Assembly (NCBI GenBank): GCA_017463815.1
Contig: JAFTOK010000169.1
Location: 1 to 49,776, forward strand
DNA: 49,776 nucleotides
Direction of reading: 5' to 3'
Source: Clostridia bacterium
GTDB lineage: Bacteria; Bacillota; Clostridia; Oscillospirales; CAG-272
Shown here: piece after piece, positions 16,989-26,138 of the stretch
Position numbering within the stretch: position 1 is the first letter of the stretch
Layout of the letters: each line of letters starts with the position of its first letter
Notes under the pieces: model-generated
The model's input: the letters and a program-made list of their open reading frames with translations, nothing else
Told to the model about the DNA's origin: nothing
The model's database searches: none
Position numbers and translations under genes: made by a program

Positions 16989-18341
16989 TTATTTTTCTTC
17001 TTTATCGAGCTTTTCAAAAAGCTTCTTATACGGCATAAGCATACCCTCGTTCATAGCGTTGCCCATCTTCGCCTTAATTTTCGGCGAGGAAAGGAGCACG
17101 CCCACGAGCTGCATCTTCAGCATTGTGCCGAGCTTCTTTTGCGGGAAGTCATACTGCCCGTGCGCCTTGTAGAACTTGTGGTCTGCCTTCATCATACCCT
17201 GCATAAGCCAGATGAGGTCGCGGAAAATTTTCATACCGCCCACGCCGTAGAAGTTCTGCGGCGGCACGTATTTGTGCTCTATGGCATAGGCAAGCGTTTT
17301 TGCCATACGGTCTATTTCCGCGTTCGGCTCTTTTTCGTCGGTTGCCACACCCGCAAGGAAGTTTGTGCCGACCTGTGCTCTGCCTTCCACTATCATCTGC
17401 AGGTTCTGCTCCGTGCTGTACGCACCGGAAACGAGGTAGCCCACGGGCGAGCCCATCGTAACCGTGCGGTGACCGTTACAGAACTGGCGGTCATCGTACA
17501 TTTTAAAGAGCGCACCCATAGAGTGGTCTTTAATCGTGAAAGCATACACCGTCGCCTGCGCTGTCTGTATGTCGTTTCGCAAAAACTCATCGAATTTATC
17601 GTTGTAGATACATTTGCCCGAAACCGCGCAGTTGAAGCACCCGAGGCAACCGCCCTTAAACGGATATTCGCGCAGGTTTACAACTCTTGTTTTAAGCGGA
17701 AATACCGCGCGGAAACGCGCTATCATAGCCGCGAGCTGCTCGTTATCTTCCTCGCAGTCTGTAACGATTACCACGTCGCCCTTCTTTTCTTCCGCGCCGC
17801 ATTCGGGAATTTCCACAGGGTTGTGTGCAGCGGGCACGGCATATGCCGTATACGGCTCGCAATATCCGTTTTGGGCGCTCCATACGGCGTATTCGAGGAA
17901 GTCGCACGCCTCTTTCTGCCCCTTTTCCGTGAGCAAATCGTCCATATCGGCGGAAAGGCCGCGCACGTATTTCATTCCCATATCCTTGCAGTTTTCTTCG
18001 ACGTATTTGTGCGCCGTTACGTCGTAGAAGTGCTTGGAGGTAGTGATTTGCGTGGCGTATTTTCCCGTGAGGTCCACGCCCGAAGCCTTAAGAAGCTCTA
18101 TGAATCTGTGGAGCTGGCTTGGCGCGATAAACGTATACACGGGGTAAGCGAAAAGGAGCATATCCGCTTTTTCAAGATATTTCACCACGGGCGAAAAATC
18201 GCGCTCCAAAGCTTTGATTTTCTTGCCGACGTGCAAAAATTCAAAAATATGCTCGGGATATTTTTTCTCCAGAAACTTTGCCGTCTGCAAAGTGACGCTG
18301 TATTCGCCTTTAGGGCTGCCGTTCAAAACCAAAATTTTCAT
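16989..18341 (-). CDS. Two-domain flavodoxin-like-fold NAD(P)H-dependent oxidoreductase (iron-sulfur flavoprotein-like)
   Basis: MKILVLNGSPKG...LLFAYPVYTF is an FMN-reductase fold. The second half carries GGCLGCFNCAVSGKC. The RBS is AAAGGAG. Confidence 0.7.
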   Translation of the reverse strand: MKILVLNGSPKGEYSVTLQTAKFLEKKYPEHIFEFLHVGKKIKALERDFSPVVKYLEKADMLLFAYPVYTFIAPSQLHRFIELLKASGVDLTGKYATQITTSKHFYDVTAHKYVEENCKDMGMKYVRGLSADMDDLLTEKGQKEACDFLEYAVWSAQNGYCEPYTAYAVPAAHNPVEIPECGAEEKKGDVVIVTDCEEDNEQLAAMIARFRAVFPLKTRVVNLREYPFKGGCLGCFNCAVSGKCIYNDKFDEFLRNDIQTAQATVYAFTIKDHSMGALFKMYDDRQFCNGHRTVTMGSPVGYLVSGAYSTEQNLQMIVEGRAQVGTNFLAGVATDEKEPNAEIDRMAKTLAYAIEHKYVPPQNFYGVGGMKIFRDLIWLMQGMMKADHKFYKAHGQYDFPQKKLGTMLKMQLVGVLLSSPKIKAKMGNAMNEGMLMPYKKLFEKLDKEEK

Positions 18342-18518
18342 ATTGTTTCTCCTTTATATTGTCGTTATCAGTTTACAAACTCCGCGGGCAAATTTGCCTT
18401 GTTTGCCTCGTATTTTTCCGCATTCAGCACTTTATCCTCGCTTCCGTAAACGGAGAGCACGGAAAGCACGCTTTCCGCAAGGTCTGACGTGGAATAGGAG
18501 GCAAGCAAGATAAGCCCC

Positions 18519-19136
18519 TCATCTTATGAAGTTCGTGTGCTTCGGTGATTCTTTTTCGGGCAAGCCGTATTTTTCCTTGCCGAGCGCTATGCTCTTCATA
18601 AGGAACGCCATATTGCGTGCGAGTGTGCGCATAATCTGCAAGCCCTCTTCGTCCTCTGCCGCTTGCCCGGAGGCGGCACCGTGCACGCTGTTCCAATATT
18701 GGCTCGCGGCAACGGGCATACCGCTTATGGTGAAGAACTTGTTAAGCTCATCGAACGTGGAGGAAAGTCCGCCGCGCCTTGCCACGGCTATACCTGCGCC
18801 AACCTTCATAGTTTTGTTAAAAGACGTGCTGTAAAAGAGCCTTTGCAGGCACGCCATCAGCGTGGCGTTTGCGGAAGCATAGTAGACGGGCGTGCCCACA
18901 ACCAAGCCGTCGCAGGCCTCGAATTTAGGCGCAAGCTCGTTTACAACGTCGTCGAAAACGCATTTGCCGTTCTTTTTGCAGCTGCCGCAGGCAATACACC
19001 CGCGCACGTCTTTGTTTCCCACGTGCACAGTTTCCACCTCTATGCCCTCTTCAAGAAAGATTTTCTCCATTTCCGCCAGAGCAAGCGCTGTGTTGCCCTT
19101 TGCACGCGGGCTGCCGTTAATCATCAATACTTTCAT
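18519..19136 (-). CDS. Flavodoxin-family / NADPH-dependent FMN reductase (iron-sulfur flavoprotein)
   Basis: MKVLMINGSPRAKGNT..., ...RGCIACGSCKKNGKC... and ...GTPVYYASANA are present. Confidence 0.8.
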   Translation of the reverse strand: MKVLMINGSPRAKGNTALALAEMEKIFLEEGIEVETVHVGNKDVRGCIACGSCKKNGKCVFDDVVNELAPKFEACDGLVVGTPVYYASANATLMACLQRLFYSTSFNKTMKVGAGIAVARRGGLSSTFDELNKFFTISGMPVAASQYWNSVHGAASGQAAEDEEGLQIMRTLARNMAFLMKSIALGKEKYGLPEKESPKHTNFIR

Positions 19137-19146
19137 AATTATTACC

Positions 19147-19710
19147 TCACTTTTTCAGCTTCAAACCGTCGGAAAAAGCGTTGCCCACGATTTCTCCGAG
19201 AGCGATATATTTGTGGTTCATAGGGTCGTACGTTATGGGGCGGAGCTTTGCGGGGTCCACCTTGCCGTTTTCGCCGAGCACACTTTCGTCTGCGCTCACG
19301 TTCACGATTTCGCCCACAAGGCGGCACGTTTCGGCATCGTAGCTTTTGAGCTTGCATTCCACAGCCATAGGAAGTTCAGCGATTATGGGCGCGTCCACAA
19401 ACTCGCTTCTGAACGTGGTAAAGCCCGCAACTTCCATTTTGTTCGGCACTTTGTTGCCCGAAACCACGCCGACATAGTCACACTCCGCAACGTGTGCGGC
19501 GTCTGCCATAGAAACGGTAAAAGCACCGCGCGCGAGTATATTCGCCGTTGTTTTGTGGTCCTCACTTATGCAAATCGTGAGCTCGTTTTCTTCCGTGAGC
19601 CCGCCCCACGCGGCGTTCATAGCGTTCGGCACGCCGTCTTCGCCATATGTGGCGATGATAAACACGGGTTGGGGGTAAAGCAAGGGTTTTGCACCAAAAT
19701 TCTTTCTCAT
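19147..19710 (-). CDS. Flavin reductase family protein (flavoredoxin-like)
   Basis: ...LLYPQPVFIIATYGEDGVPNAMNAAWGG... is typical of the flavin reductase-like FMN-binding split barrel. Confidence 0.8.
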   Translation of the reverse strand: MRKNFGAKPLLYPQPVFIIATYGEDGVPNAMNAAWGGLTEENELTICISEDHKTTANILARGAFTVSMADAAHVAECDYVGVVSGNKVPNKMEVAGFTTFRSEFVDAPIIAELPMAVECKLKSYDAETCRLVGEIVNVSADESVLGENGKVDPAKLRPITYDPMNHKYIALGEIVGNAFSDGLKLKK

Positions 19711-19742
19711 AATAAAAATTCTCCTTTTTGTTTTATATTAAG

Positions 19743-21257
19743 TTAAAATAACATTGTAAGCATCAGCACAAGGCAGGAGGTAAACGGCACGGTGACCGTA
19801 TCCATACCCCGTTTTGTAAAAAGCTCCGTAAGCGAAGCAACGGGCGCTACGGCAGCGGAAAAGGCAAGCGCAACGTACCAAGGCAACGCAGACATCGTAA
19901 TCAGCACGGCAAACGTACACACAAAAGACGTAAGTGCCATAGCCACGCTGCCTTCCACAGATTTTGTACCCTCTATAAACCTTCCCGAAAGTTTGTGCTT
20001 ACCAGCTTTTTTGCCGACAATTGCGGCGGCGGCATCTCCCGGGCCCCACGCCATAATTGCGCCCACGGCTATGAATTTAAAATCTGCGCCGAAGCCGCCC
20101 CAAAAAACTGCCATAAGCACCGTCATAAGCCCGAAAAGCATAACGAAGCTAACGAGAACTTCGTGCTTGCCCTTTTCCACAAACAGTGATTTATAGAACG
20201 GAAACTTCTCGCAAACGAGAAGCGCCACAATCACAAGCACGAGGAAAGCTATTTCCGCGATGCACGCCGCGCGCACATCTTCCGTGCAGAAAACGAGCGG
20301 CAGAATGGAGGTAAACGCAACTATGTGCAAAAGCTTTCGAAAAACGTAATCGGGCACTTTTGTTGTAAAGCGAACCACGATAAGCACGGTGGCAAAAGAT
20401 ACGATGTACGCGATATAAATGCCGAACAGGCGAGCACTTTCTGCCACAAGCGCCATATCGAGCTTTTCCCTGTAATTGAGCAGAACGAGCACCGTGCCGA
20501 GCACGAAAAGTATAGCGCCCGTAACCAGCCCCACGGCTTTACCGCCGACCTTGTTGGCAAACTGTGCGCTGACAAGCGAAAAGAACGTCGCCGTAACAAT
20601 AGCGATGAGCAAAAAATCCCAACATTCTAAAATAATCGTGGGTTCGATTAAAATGTGGCTAACAGAAGCTATGAGCGCTGTGAACGTCATTATAAACGTG
20701 GAAGTACCCACGGCGGTTTTGCGGTCATAACCAAGCATAGCCGTGAAAACGATGAGCATCATCATTCCCCCGCCCGAGCCAAAAAAGCCCGTGCCGAAAC
20801 CGATGGTTATGCCAAAGAAAAGCGAAACAGCTATCTGCTTCGGCGTAAGTTTTTTCGCGCCTGCTCCCTCAGGTCGCTCTTTGGAATCGGGCTTCACGAG
20901 GAAGCGTATGCCGATTGCCACGCAGAGAAAGAGCGAAAAGCCGCCCAAAACCTGCTGGTGTGTGAAATACGCGGCAACAGAGCCCACCGTGCACATCGCC
21001 ACAATGCACGCGAGCATAATCCAGCCGTGCTTCAAATCTATTTTCTTGTTTTTAGCGTATACGAAAGAAGTAACGGCAGAGCCGAGAATATCGCTGGCAA
21101 GAGCGATTGCCGTAGCCATATACGCGCCGTGTTCGCCGCCGAACGTAGGGCACAAAACTATAAGCAACGGCACCATAGCCGTCGCCGCGCTCAAGCCCAC
21201 AAGCCCCGTGCCTATACCCGCCATCATAGAAGCAAGTATTACAACCAAATATTCCAT
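19743..21257 (-). CDS. Fusion membrane protein: TauE/SafE-type anion exporter domain plus a CTP-dependent polyprenol/phytol/dolichol-kinase-like (CTP_transf_1 superfamily) domain
   Basis: The N-terminal roughly 260 aa contain the duplicated 4-TM TauE pattern (...GIGTGLVGLSAATAMVPLL..., ...GFGTGFFGSGGGMMML...). The C-terminal roughly 200 aa carry RKLLHI... and ...WGPGDAAAAIVGKKAGKHKL...GTKSVEGS. Confidence 0.65.
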   Translation of the reverse strand: MEYLVVILASMMAGIGTGLVGLSAATAMVPLLIVLCPTFGGEHGAYMATAIALASDILGSAVTSFVYAKNKKIDLKHGWIMLACIVAMCTVGSVAAYFTHQQVLGGFSLFLCVAIGIRFLVKPDSKERPEGAGAKKLTPKQIAVSLFFGITIGFGTGFFGSGGGMMMLIVFTAMLGYDRKTAVGTSTFIMTFTALIASVSHILIEPTIILECWDFLLIAIVTATFFSLVSAQFANKVGGKAVGLVTGAILFVLGTVLVLLNYREKLDMALVAESARLFGIYIAYIVSFATVLIVVRFTTKVPDYVFRKLLHIVAFTSILPLVFCTEDVRAACIAEIAFLVLVIVALLVCEKFPFYKSLFVEKGKHEVLVSFVMLFGLMTVLMAVFWGGFGADFKFIAVGAIMAWGPGDAAAAIVGKKAGKHKLSGRFIEGTKSVEGSVAMALTSFVCTFAVLITMSALPWYVALAFSAAVAPVASLTELFTKRGMDTVTVPFTSCLVLMLTMLF

Positions 21258-21268
21258 TTATTACTCCT

Positions 21269-23353
21269 TTATTTTAATAAGTTCATCTCAAAAAGCATAT
21301 GCAGGGAAAGTTTTTTTGTGCCGCTTGTAAATTTCACGTCGGCAATGTCGCCGTTTACGGCTGTAACCGTGCCCGCGCCAAACGCTTTGTGGCAGAGCTC
21401 CGTGCCCACTCTTATTTTTGCGGCAAACTCGGCATATTCCGCTTCGCTTTTTCGAGCCGCAGAGTTCACGGAAAACGGCAATTTTTCCTGCTTCGGCTTC
21501 TCTTTGCCGAGAAAATCGTCGCAAAAAACGGAATTTTTGGCGGAATACGTGAAAATACAGAGTTTATTTTTCGCTCGCGTCGCGCCCACGTAGAAGAGCC
21601 TGCGTTCCTCCTCGTATTCGGCTAGCGCTTCTCTTTCCGCACTTTTGGGGTTAACCACAATCTGCTCGGGAAAAGAGCCGTCGCACACGTCGGCGAGGTA
21701 TACCGTATCGTATTCAAGCCCCTTTGCCGAGTGAATGGTGGAAAGCGTAAAACGGCAGTCTGCGGGGTTTTTGTGTTCACGCGTGATTTCGGCAAGCTCG
21801 GAAAGGCGCGAAAGCAAATTTTTCGCCGTTTGCTCGCCCGCGCCTATAGACTCAAGAATCTCTGCTTTGCTGCGCTTTATACCCATTCTGTCGAGGTATT
21901 CACCATATCCCATATAGTTCACTATGCGGGAAACCGCCTTATCCGCCCGCTCCGATGTAAGCATATCGAGGTGGCTTTTCATCGCTTTGCAGCTTTTCAG
22001 CACGCCCATATGGATTTTGCCTATTTCCCACACGGCGTCCAGCACGTTCATTCCCTCACGCGCGCAGTATTCGCACGCGGCAACCGCGGCGGCTTTATTT
22101 AGGTGCGTATTTATTTTATAATAAATCTGCATAAATGCCTCGGTATCGCACCTGTCGTACGCAAAACGGATTATGTTCGTTATATCTTGCACGGCACGAC
22201 TGGTGAAAAACGAGGTGTCCAGCGCGCGCGTCTTGTACGGCACGCCGTACTTTTCCAGAATGTCGATTATGGGCAGGGCGCTTTCATTGTCGCGGTAAAG
22301 CACCGCCGTTTCCTCGCGGCAGGCGCGCGCCGCCTTGAGCAGATAGACGTACTGCGAAGATTTCGCCGAAAGCGCGATTTCGCGCACCTCGCCCGCATCC
22401 GTGCGGGAGGCACGCATATTTTTCGGGTGGCGGAGCGTGTTTTTTCCTATAAACCTATCTGCCGCCTCCACAATTTTTGTGCCAGAGCGGAAGTTTTCCT
22501 CCATTTTCAGCACTTTTGCGCCCGCGTGCTCCGCCTCAAAGGCAAGGAGCGCCTGCGGGTATGCCGCGCGGAAACCATAGATACTCTGGTCCTCGTCGCC
22601 GACCATAAAAAGGTTGCCGCTGTTTTTCGCCAAAAGAGAGATAATGGCGTGCTGGATTTTGGAGGTATCCTGCGCTTCGTCCACGCAGATATAGCGGTAA
22701 CGCTTCGCCACGCGCTCGAGGATTTCGGGGTACATACGCAAAATCTTGTGTGCATACACCATTTGGTCGTCATAATCCATAAGCTTTTGCGCTTTTAGCA
22801 TAGAGTTGTACTTTTGGTATATTTTAGAGAAAGGCAAACCTTCCTCGTCCATTCCCTCCACTTCTTCTGCGGAAAGGAGCATATTTTTTGCGTACGTTAT
22901 CATTGTTCGCACGCCTTTTATGTCGCTTTCCGTGGGAAATTCGCCCGTACACTCCTTGTAAATGGCGGAAAGTGCTGTTGAAAGCTCCTTTTCGTCGGTC
23001 ACAAGCGTGAACGCTCTGCCGCGTGTGAGCTGCTCGTAGCTTGCGATAATTTTGGCGCATACACCGTTGATTGTGCGAAATTCGAGCGATTCGCGCATCT
23101 CTTCCCCGAAAACTGAGCAAAACCGTTCGCGCATTTCGTGCGTCGCCGCCACGGTGTACGTCATCGTGAGTATGCTTCGCGGCTCTATGCCCAGGCAATA
23201 GACCATATATCCCAGGCGAGTTATAAGTACCGTCGTCTTGCCGCTCCCGGGCACGGCTAAAAGCAGAACGTGCCCGTCCACAGCCTTTACCGCTGCGAGC
23301 TGCTGCTCGTTTAACTGTATATTAAAATTCTCTTTAAATTCAAGAAAGTTCAC
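21269..23353 (-). CDS. ATP-dependent DNA helicase, UvrD/PcrA/Rep superfamily 1
   Basis: It has Walker A (AVPGSGKTTVL), DEAQD, VGDEDQSIYGFRAA and ...TIHSAKGLEYD...LFYVGATRAK. The GTG start follows AGGAG. Confidence 0.88.
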   Translation of the reverse strand: MNFLEFKENFNIQLNEQQLAAVKAVDGHVLLLAVPGSGKTTVLITRLGYMVYCLGIEPRSILTMTYTVAATHEMRERFCSVFGEEMRESLEFRTINGVCAKIIASYEQLTRGRAFTLVTDEKELSTALSAIYKECTGEFPTESDIKGVRTMITYAKNMLLSAEEVEGMDEEGLPFSKIYQKYNSMLKAQKLMDYDDQMVYAHKILRMYPEILERVAKRYRYICVDEAQDTSKIQHAIISLLAKNSGNLFMVGDEDQSIYGFRAAYPQALLAFEAEHAGAKVLKMEENFRSGTKIVEAADRFIGKNTLRHPKNMRASRTDAGEVREIALSAKSSQYVYLLKAARACREETAVLYRDNESALPIIDILEKYGVPYKTRALDTSFFTSRAVQDITNIIRFAYDRCDTEAFMQIYYKINTHLNKAAAVAACEYCAREGMNVLDAVWEIGKIHMGVLKSCKAMKSHLDMLTSERADKAVSRIVNYMGYGEYLDRMGIKRSKAEILESIGAGEQTAKNLLSRLSELAEITREHKNPADCRFTLSTIHSAKGLEYDTVYLADVCDGSFPEQIVVNPKSAEREALAEYEEERRLFYVGATRAKNKLCIFTYSAKNSVFCDDFLGKEKPKQEKLPFSVNSAARKSEAEYAEFAAKIRVGTELCHKAFGAGTVTAVNGDIADVKFTSGTKKLSLHMLFEMNLLK

Positions 23354-23380
23354 AAATTTTCTCCTACGTTTGATATATTT

Positions 23381-23409
23381 ATTATAGCAAACTGTACGAG
23401 ATAAATCAA
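23381..23409 (-). promoter_or_regulatory. Sigma-A-type promoter for the helicase gene
   Basis: The minus strand reads TTGATT, a 17-nt spacer (tatctcgtacagtttgc), then TATAAT. Confidence 0.55.
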
Positions 23410-23577
23410 TATTTTAGCCGGCAAATAAAAAGCGCTTTCCGTGTAAAACACCTGCGGCAATCAATTTTCAAATTATATTTCAAAAATATATTCTAAAAAG
23501 CCTTCCCCTATCTAAGAATGGAAGCCTTTTGGGTTTGTTTTTTTAATTTGATTTCCGTGTAAAACCCCCGCAAATAA

Positions 23578-23606
23578 TTGATTTTGTTTTTATTCTATGA
23601 TAAAAT
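23578..23606 (+). promoter_or_regulatory. Sigma-A-type promoter with an extended -10 for the HAD phosphatase gene
   Basis: It reads TTGATT, a 17-nt spacer ending in TGA, then TAAAAT. Confidence 0.5.
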
Positions 23607-23634
23607 AAAAATATACTTTCACGGAGGGTTCGCT

Positions 23635-24291
23635 ATGTACAACACGATTTTGTTCGACCTTGACGGCACTTTAATAGATTCGGCAGAAGGCATAAAAAAT
23701 TCTTTCCGCTATGCTTTCGCAAAACTCGGCTTGCCCGAGCCCACAGACGAATATTTAAACAACTTCATAGGCCCGCCCCTGCTCGATTCATTCAAAAATT
23801 TCTGCGGTTTTCCGCCGGAAAAAGCCGCGCACGCAGTGGAAGTTTACCGCGAATATTTTGCAGAGAAAGGCGTTTACCAAAACCGCGTTTACGACGGCAT
23901 TGAAGAACTGCTCAAAAAACTAAAGGCCAGCGGCAAAACGCTCGTTTTGGCCACATCGAAGTACGAGCTGTATGCCCTGCAAATAATAGAAAACCTGGGC
24001 TTTTCCGAATATTTCGATTTTGCGGCGGGCTCGCTTGCCGACGGCGGCAGAGGCACGAAAGCGGAGGTTATCGAATATGCACTCGCCTCCATAGGCGCGG
24101 CAGACAAAAAAAGCGCCGTTATGGTCGGCGATAGAATGCACGATATCGAGGGCGCGAAAGCTGTGGGCATAGACTCCATCGGCGTGCTCTTTGGTTTTGG
24201 CTCCCGCGAGGAGCTGGAGTCGCACGGCGCTACACACATAGCGGCAACACCCGCCTCTGTTTATGCTCTTATTGCAGGAGAAGAAAAATGA
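23635..24291 (+). CDS. HAD-superfamily hydrolase (phosphoglycolate phosphatase / 5-prime-nucleotidase-like)
   Basis: The internal ATG lies 6 nt after GGAGGG. It has MYNTILFDLDGTLIDS (DxDxT motif I), ...LATSK... and ...VGDRMHDIEGA (motif IV). Confidence 0.85.
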   Translation: MYNTILFDLDGTLIDSAEGIKNSFRYAFAKLGLPEPTDEYLNNFIGPPLLDSFKNFCGFPPEKAAHAVEVYREYFAEKGVYQNRVYDGIEELLKKLKASGKTLVLATSKYELYALQIIENLGFSEYFDFAAGSLADGGRGTKAEVIEYALASIGAADKKSAVMVGDRMHDIEGAKAVGIDSIGVLFGFGSREELESHGATHIAATPASVYALIAGEEK

Positions 24292-25358
24292 TTGCAAAAA
24301 TAATATCATTTTCTATGCTCATTTACATCGTTTTTATAACGTCCGTTGGCATATTTTTGCGCAGAGAAAGGCAGAAACACCGCGGCGACAGGCATTATTT
24401 GTTTATTCCGTTTTTCTGCTTCGTTGTGGGCGTGATAGGCTCTGCATTTTTCGGCATAATAAGCATAATAGTTTCGTTCAGCGAAGAAAACATTTGGTTC
24501 ACGGTAGCTTTTTCTGCATTTACCCTATTCGCCTCATCGCTCATTCTCGCCTACAACAACTGCTATATCGTATATGATGACAAATCATTCACGCAGGGCT
24601 TGTTTATCGGCATAAAGCGTACCTTTGCCTACGAGGAGCTTACGGGCTTTGCTGTTTCAGACATTTCTCGCCTATACGCAGGCAAAAAGAAAATTTTCGT
24701 TTATGACGATTACTTTAAACACCAAGAATTTATAGAATTTGCAAAAAGACGCCACCGCAAATTAACAGGGGAAATTTTGCCGCAGACAAAGAATTTCGAT
24801 ATATTCAACCACCATTTAAACGGAGGAACAGCTACTTTTGTTCTTTTCATATTGTTGACCGTTTTTATGCTTTCGATTGGCGGGTTTATCTTTGTGCAAC
24901 AATATACGCCGATTAACGAGCAGAACACGGAATTTTTCCAAACCCCGCTCACACCTGCTGGCACGGCACTTGAAAATTATAAATTTACCGCCGAGGGAAT
25001 ATCGGAAAAATTCCGCTTACGCAAAAGCGCCGTTTCGGAATATGAAATTGCAAAAATAGAGGCTCTTTGTGAGGAAAACACCGTATTTTCAGTTTGGGCA
25101 AAGTATTATAACGGCGACGATGAACCGGATTATTACAGAATAGAGCAAATTGCCGCAGACGGGCAAGTTTTCTATTCATTTGAAGAAGCAACCGCGCATC
25201 AGCGAAAAGACGCATATATGATTTTGGCTATATTTGTCGCACTGCTCGCCATAATATGGGGGCTGTTGGGATTTATGATATACATAGCCTGGCACCCGCA
25301 GAAATTCAGCAAAAAGGTTATACATATGTTTTTCAAAGAAGGCTATTGGCGCGATTGA
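24288..25358 (+). CDS. Hypothetical multi-pass membrane protein
   Basis: Its ATG overlaps the HAD stop as ATGA. It has several TM segments (N-terminal cluster, middle, C-terminal). The region is AT-richer than its neighbours. I recognise no domain. Confidence 0.6.
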   Translation: MIAKIISFSMLIYIVFITSVGIFLRRERQKHRGDRHYLFIPFFCFVVGVIGSAFFGIISIIVSFSEENIWFTVAFSAFTLFASSLILAYNNCYIVYDDKSFTQGLFIGIKRTFAYEELTGFAVSDISRLYAGKKKIFVYDDYFKHQEFIEFAKRRHRKLTGEILPQTKNFDIFNHHLNGGTATFVLFILLTVFMLSIGGFIFVQQYTPINEQNTEFFQTPLTPAGTALENYKFTAEGISEKFRLRKSAVSEYEIAKIEALCEENTVFSVWAKYYNGDDEPDYYRIEQIAADGQVFYSFEEATAHQRKDAYMILAIFVALLAIIWGLLGFMIYIAWHPQKFSKKVIHMFFKEGYWRD

Positions 25359-25373
25359 ACAGGACAGAATGAC

Positions 25374-25401
25374 AAAAACCACGGGAAACCCGTGGTTTTT
25401 T
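25374..25401. terminator. Bidirectional rho-independent terminator between convergent genes
   Basis: AAAAACCACGGG-AAA-CCCGTGGTTTTTT. Confidence 0.75.
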
Positions 25402-25405
25402 AATA

Positions 25406-25687
25406 TCAAAGCACTATTATCATCACAACAACAAGCGCGACCTGCCAGAGAAGGCCGAGAATGTTAACCGCCCAGAAATACCAATGTTTCGTTTTATGGC
25501 GGAGATTTTTCATAGCCACAAGCGCACCGACAGCGCCGCCTAAGAAGCCCCAACCGAGAAGCACCGCTTCGGGTATGCGCCAAGCGCCTTTTTTCGCCTT
25601 CGCTTTATCAACCGCATAAAGTATAAACGCAATAGCACTCATAACAAAAACAATAGCGCCAAAAGCCGCAATAAGTATGGTTTTCAT
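25406..25687 (-). CDS. DUF1294 domain membrane protein
   Basis: ...YAVDKAKAKKGAWRIPEAVLLGWGFLGGAVGALVAMKNLRHKTKH... is the characteristic DUF1294 core. Confidence 0.8.
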   Translation of the reverse strand: MKTILIAAFGAIVFVMSAIAFILYAVDKAKAKKGAWRIPEAVLLGWGFLGGAVGALVAMKNLRHKTKHWYFWAVNILGLLWQVALVVVMIIVL

Positions 25688-25751
25688 ATCAAATCCCCCA
25701 TTTCTTCATATTGTATATTAATATTGTATCATATAAAAATCTCTTTGTAAA

Positions 25752-26138
25752 TCACTTTGTGCAAACTTTGCGCTTTTTGAGCGTTAAATCGTAGCTTTTT
25801 TCTATAAGCCGTTCTGTGAAATCGAGCGGAACGGTGCCATTCAGAATAACGGAAATCCAAAGCCGCTTGTTCATATGGTAGGCAGGTATGATGCTTTCGT
25901 AAAGTTCGCGCACGATAAACGCTTCCTCCGGGTCGCATTTCAGGTTGAGCACGTCTATACATCCCTCCCCTTCTATACCCACACGGCATTTTTTCACATT
26001 CATAACAAGTCCAAACCACTTGCCTCCCTCGCCGTGGCGCAGAACGGTTGTGTCGAAATCGTCTTCAAACGGCTTGTCTGCCACCGCCTGCGGCAATGTC
26101 AGCGCAAAATCTATAATTTTTTCTCTTTCGGTTTTCAT
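25752..26138 (-). CDS. MmcQ/YjbR family DNA-binding protein
   Basis: The internal ATG at 26138 follows AGAGGTG. MKTEREKIIDFALTLP...DKPFEDDFDTTVLRH...GKWFGLVM......AYHMNKRLWISV matches the YjbR pattern. The 67-aa N-terminal extension in the track has no support. Confidence 0.75.
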   Translation of the reverse strand: MKTEREKIIDFALTLPQAVADKPFEDDFDTTVLRHGEGGKWFGLVMNVKKCRVGIEGEGCIDVLNLKCDPEEAFIVRELYESIIPAYHMNKRLWISVILNGTVPLDFTERLIEKSYDLTLKKRKVCTK

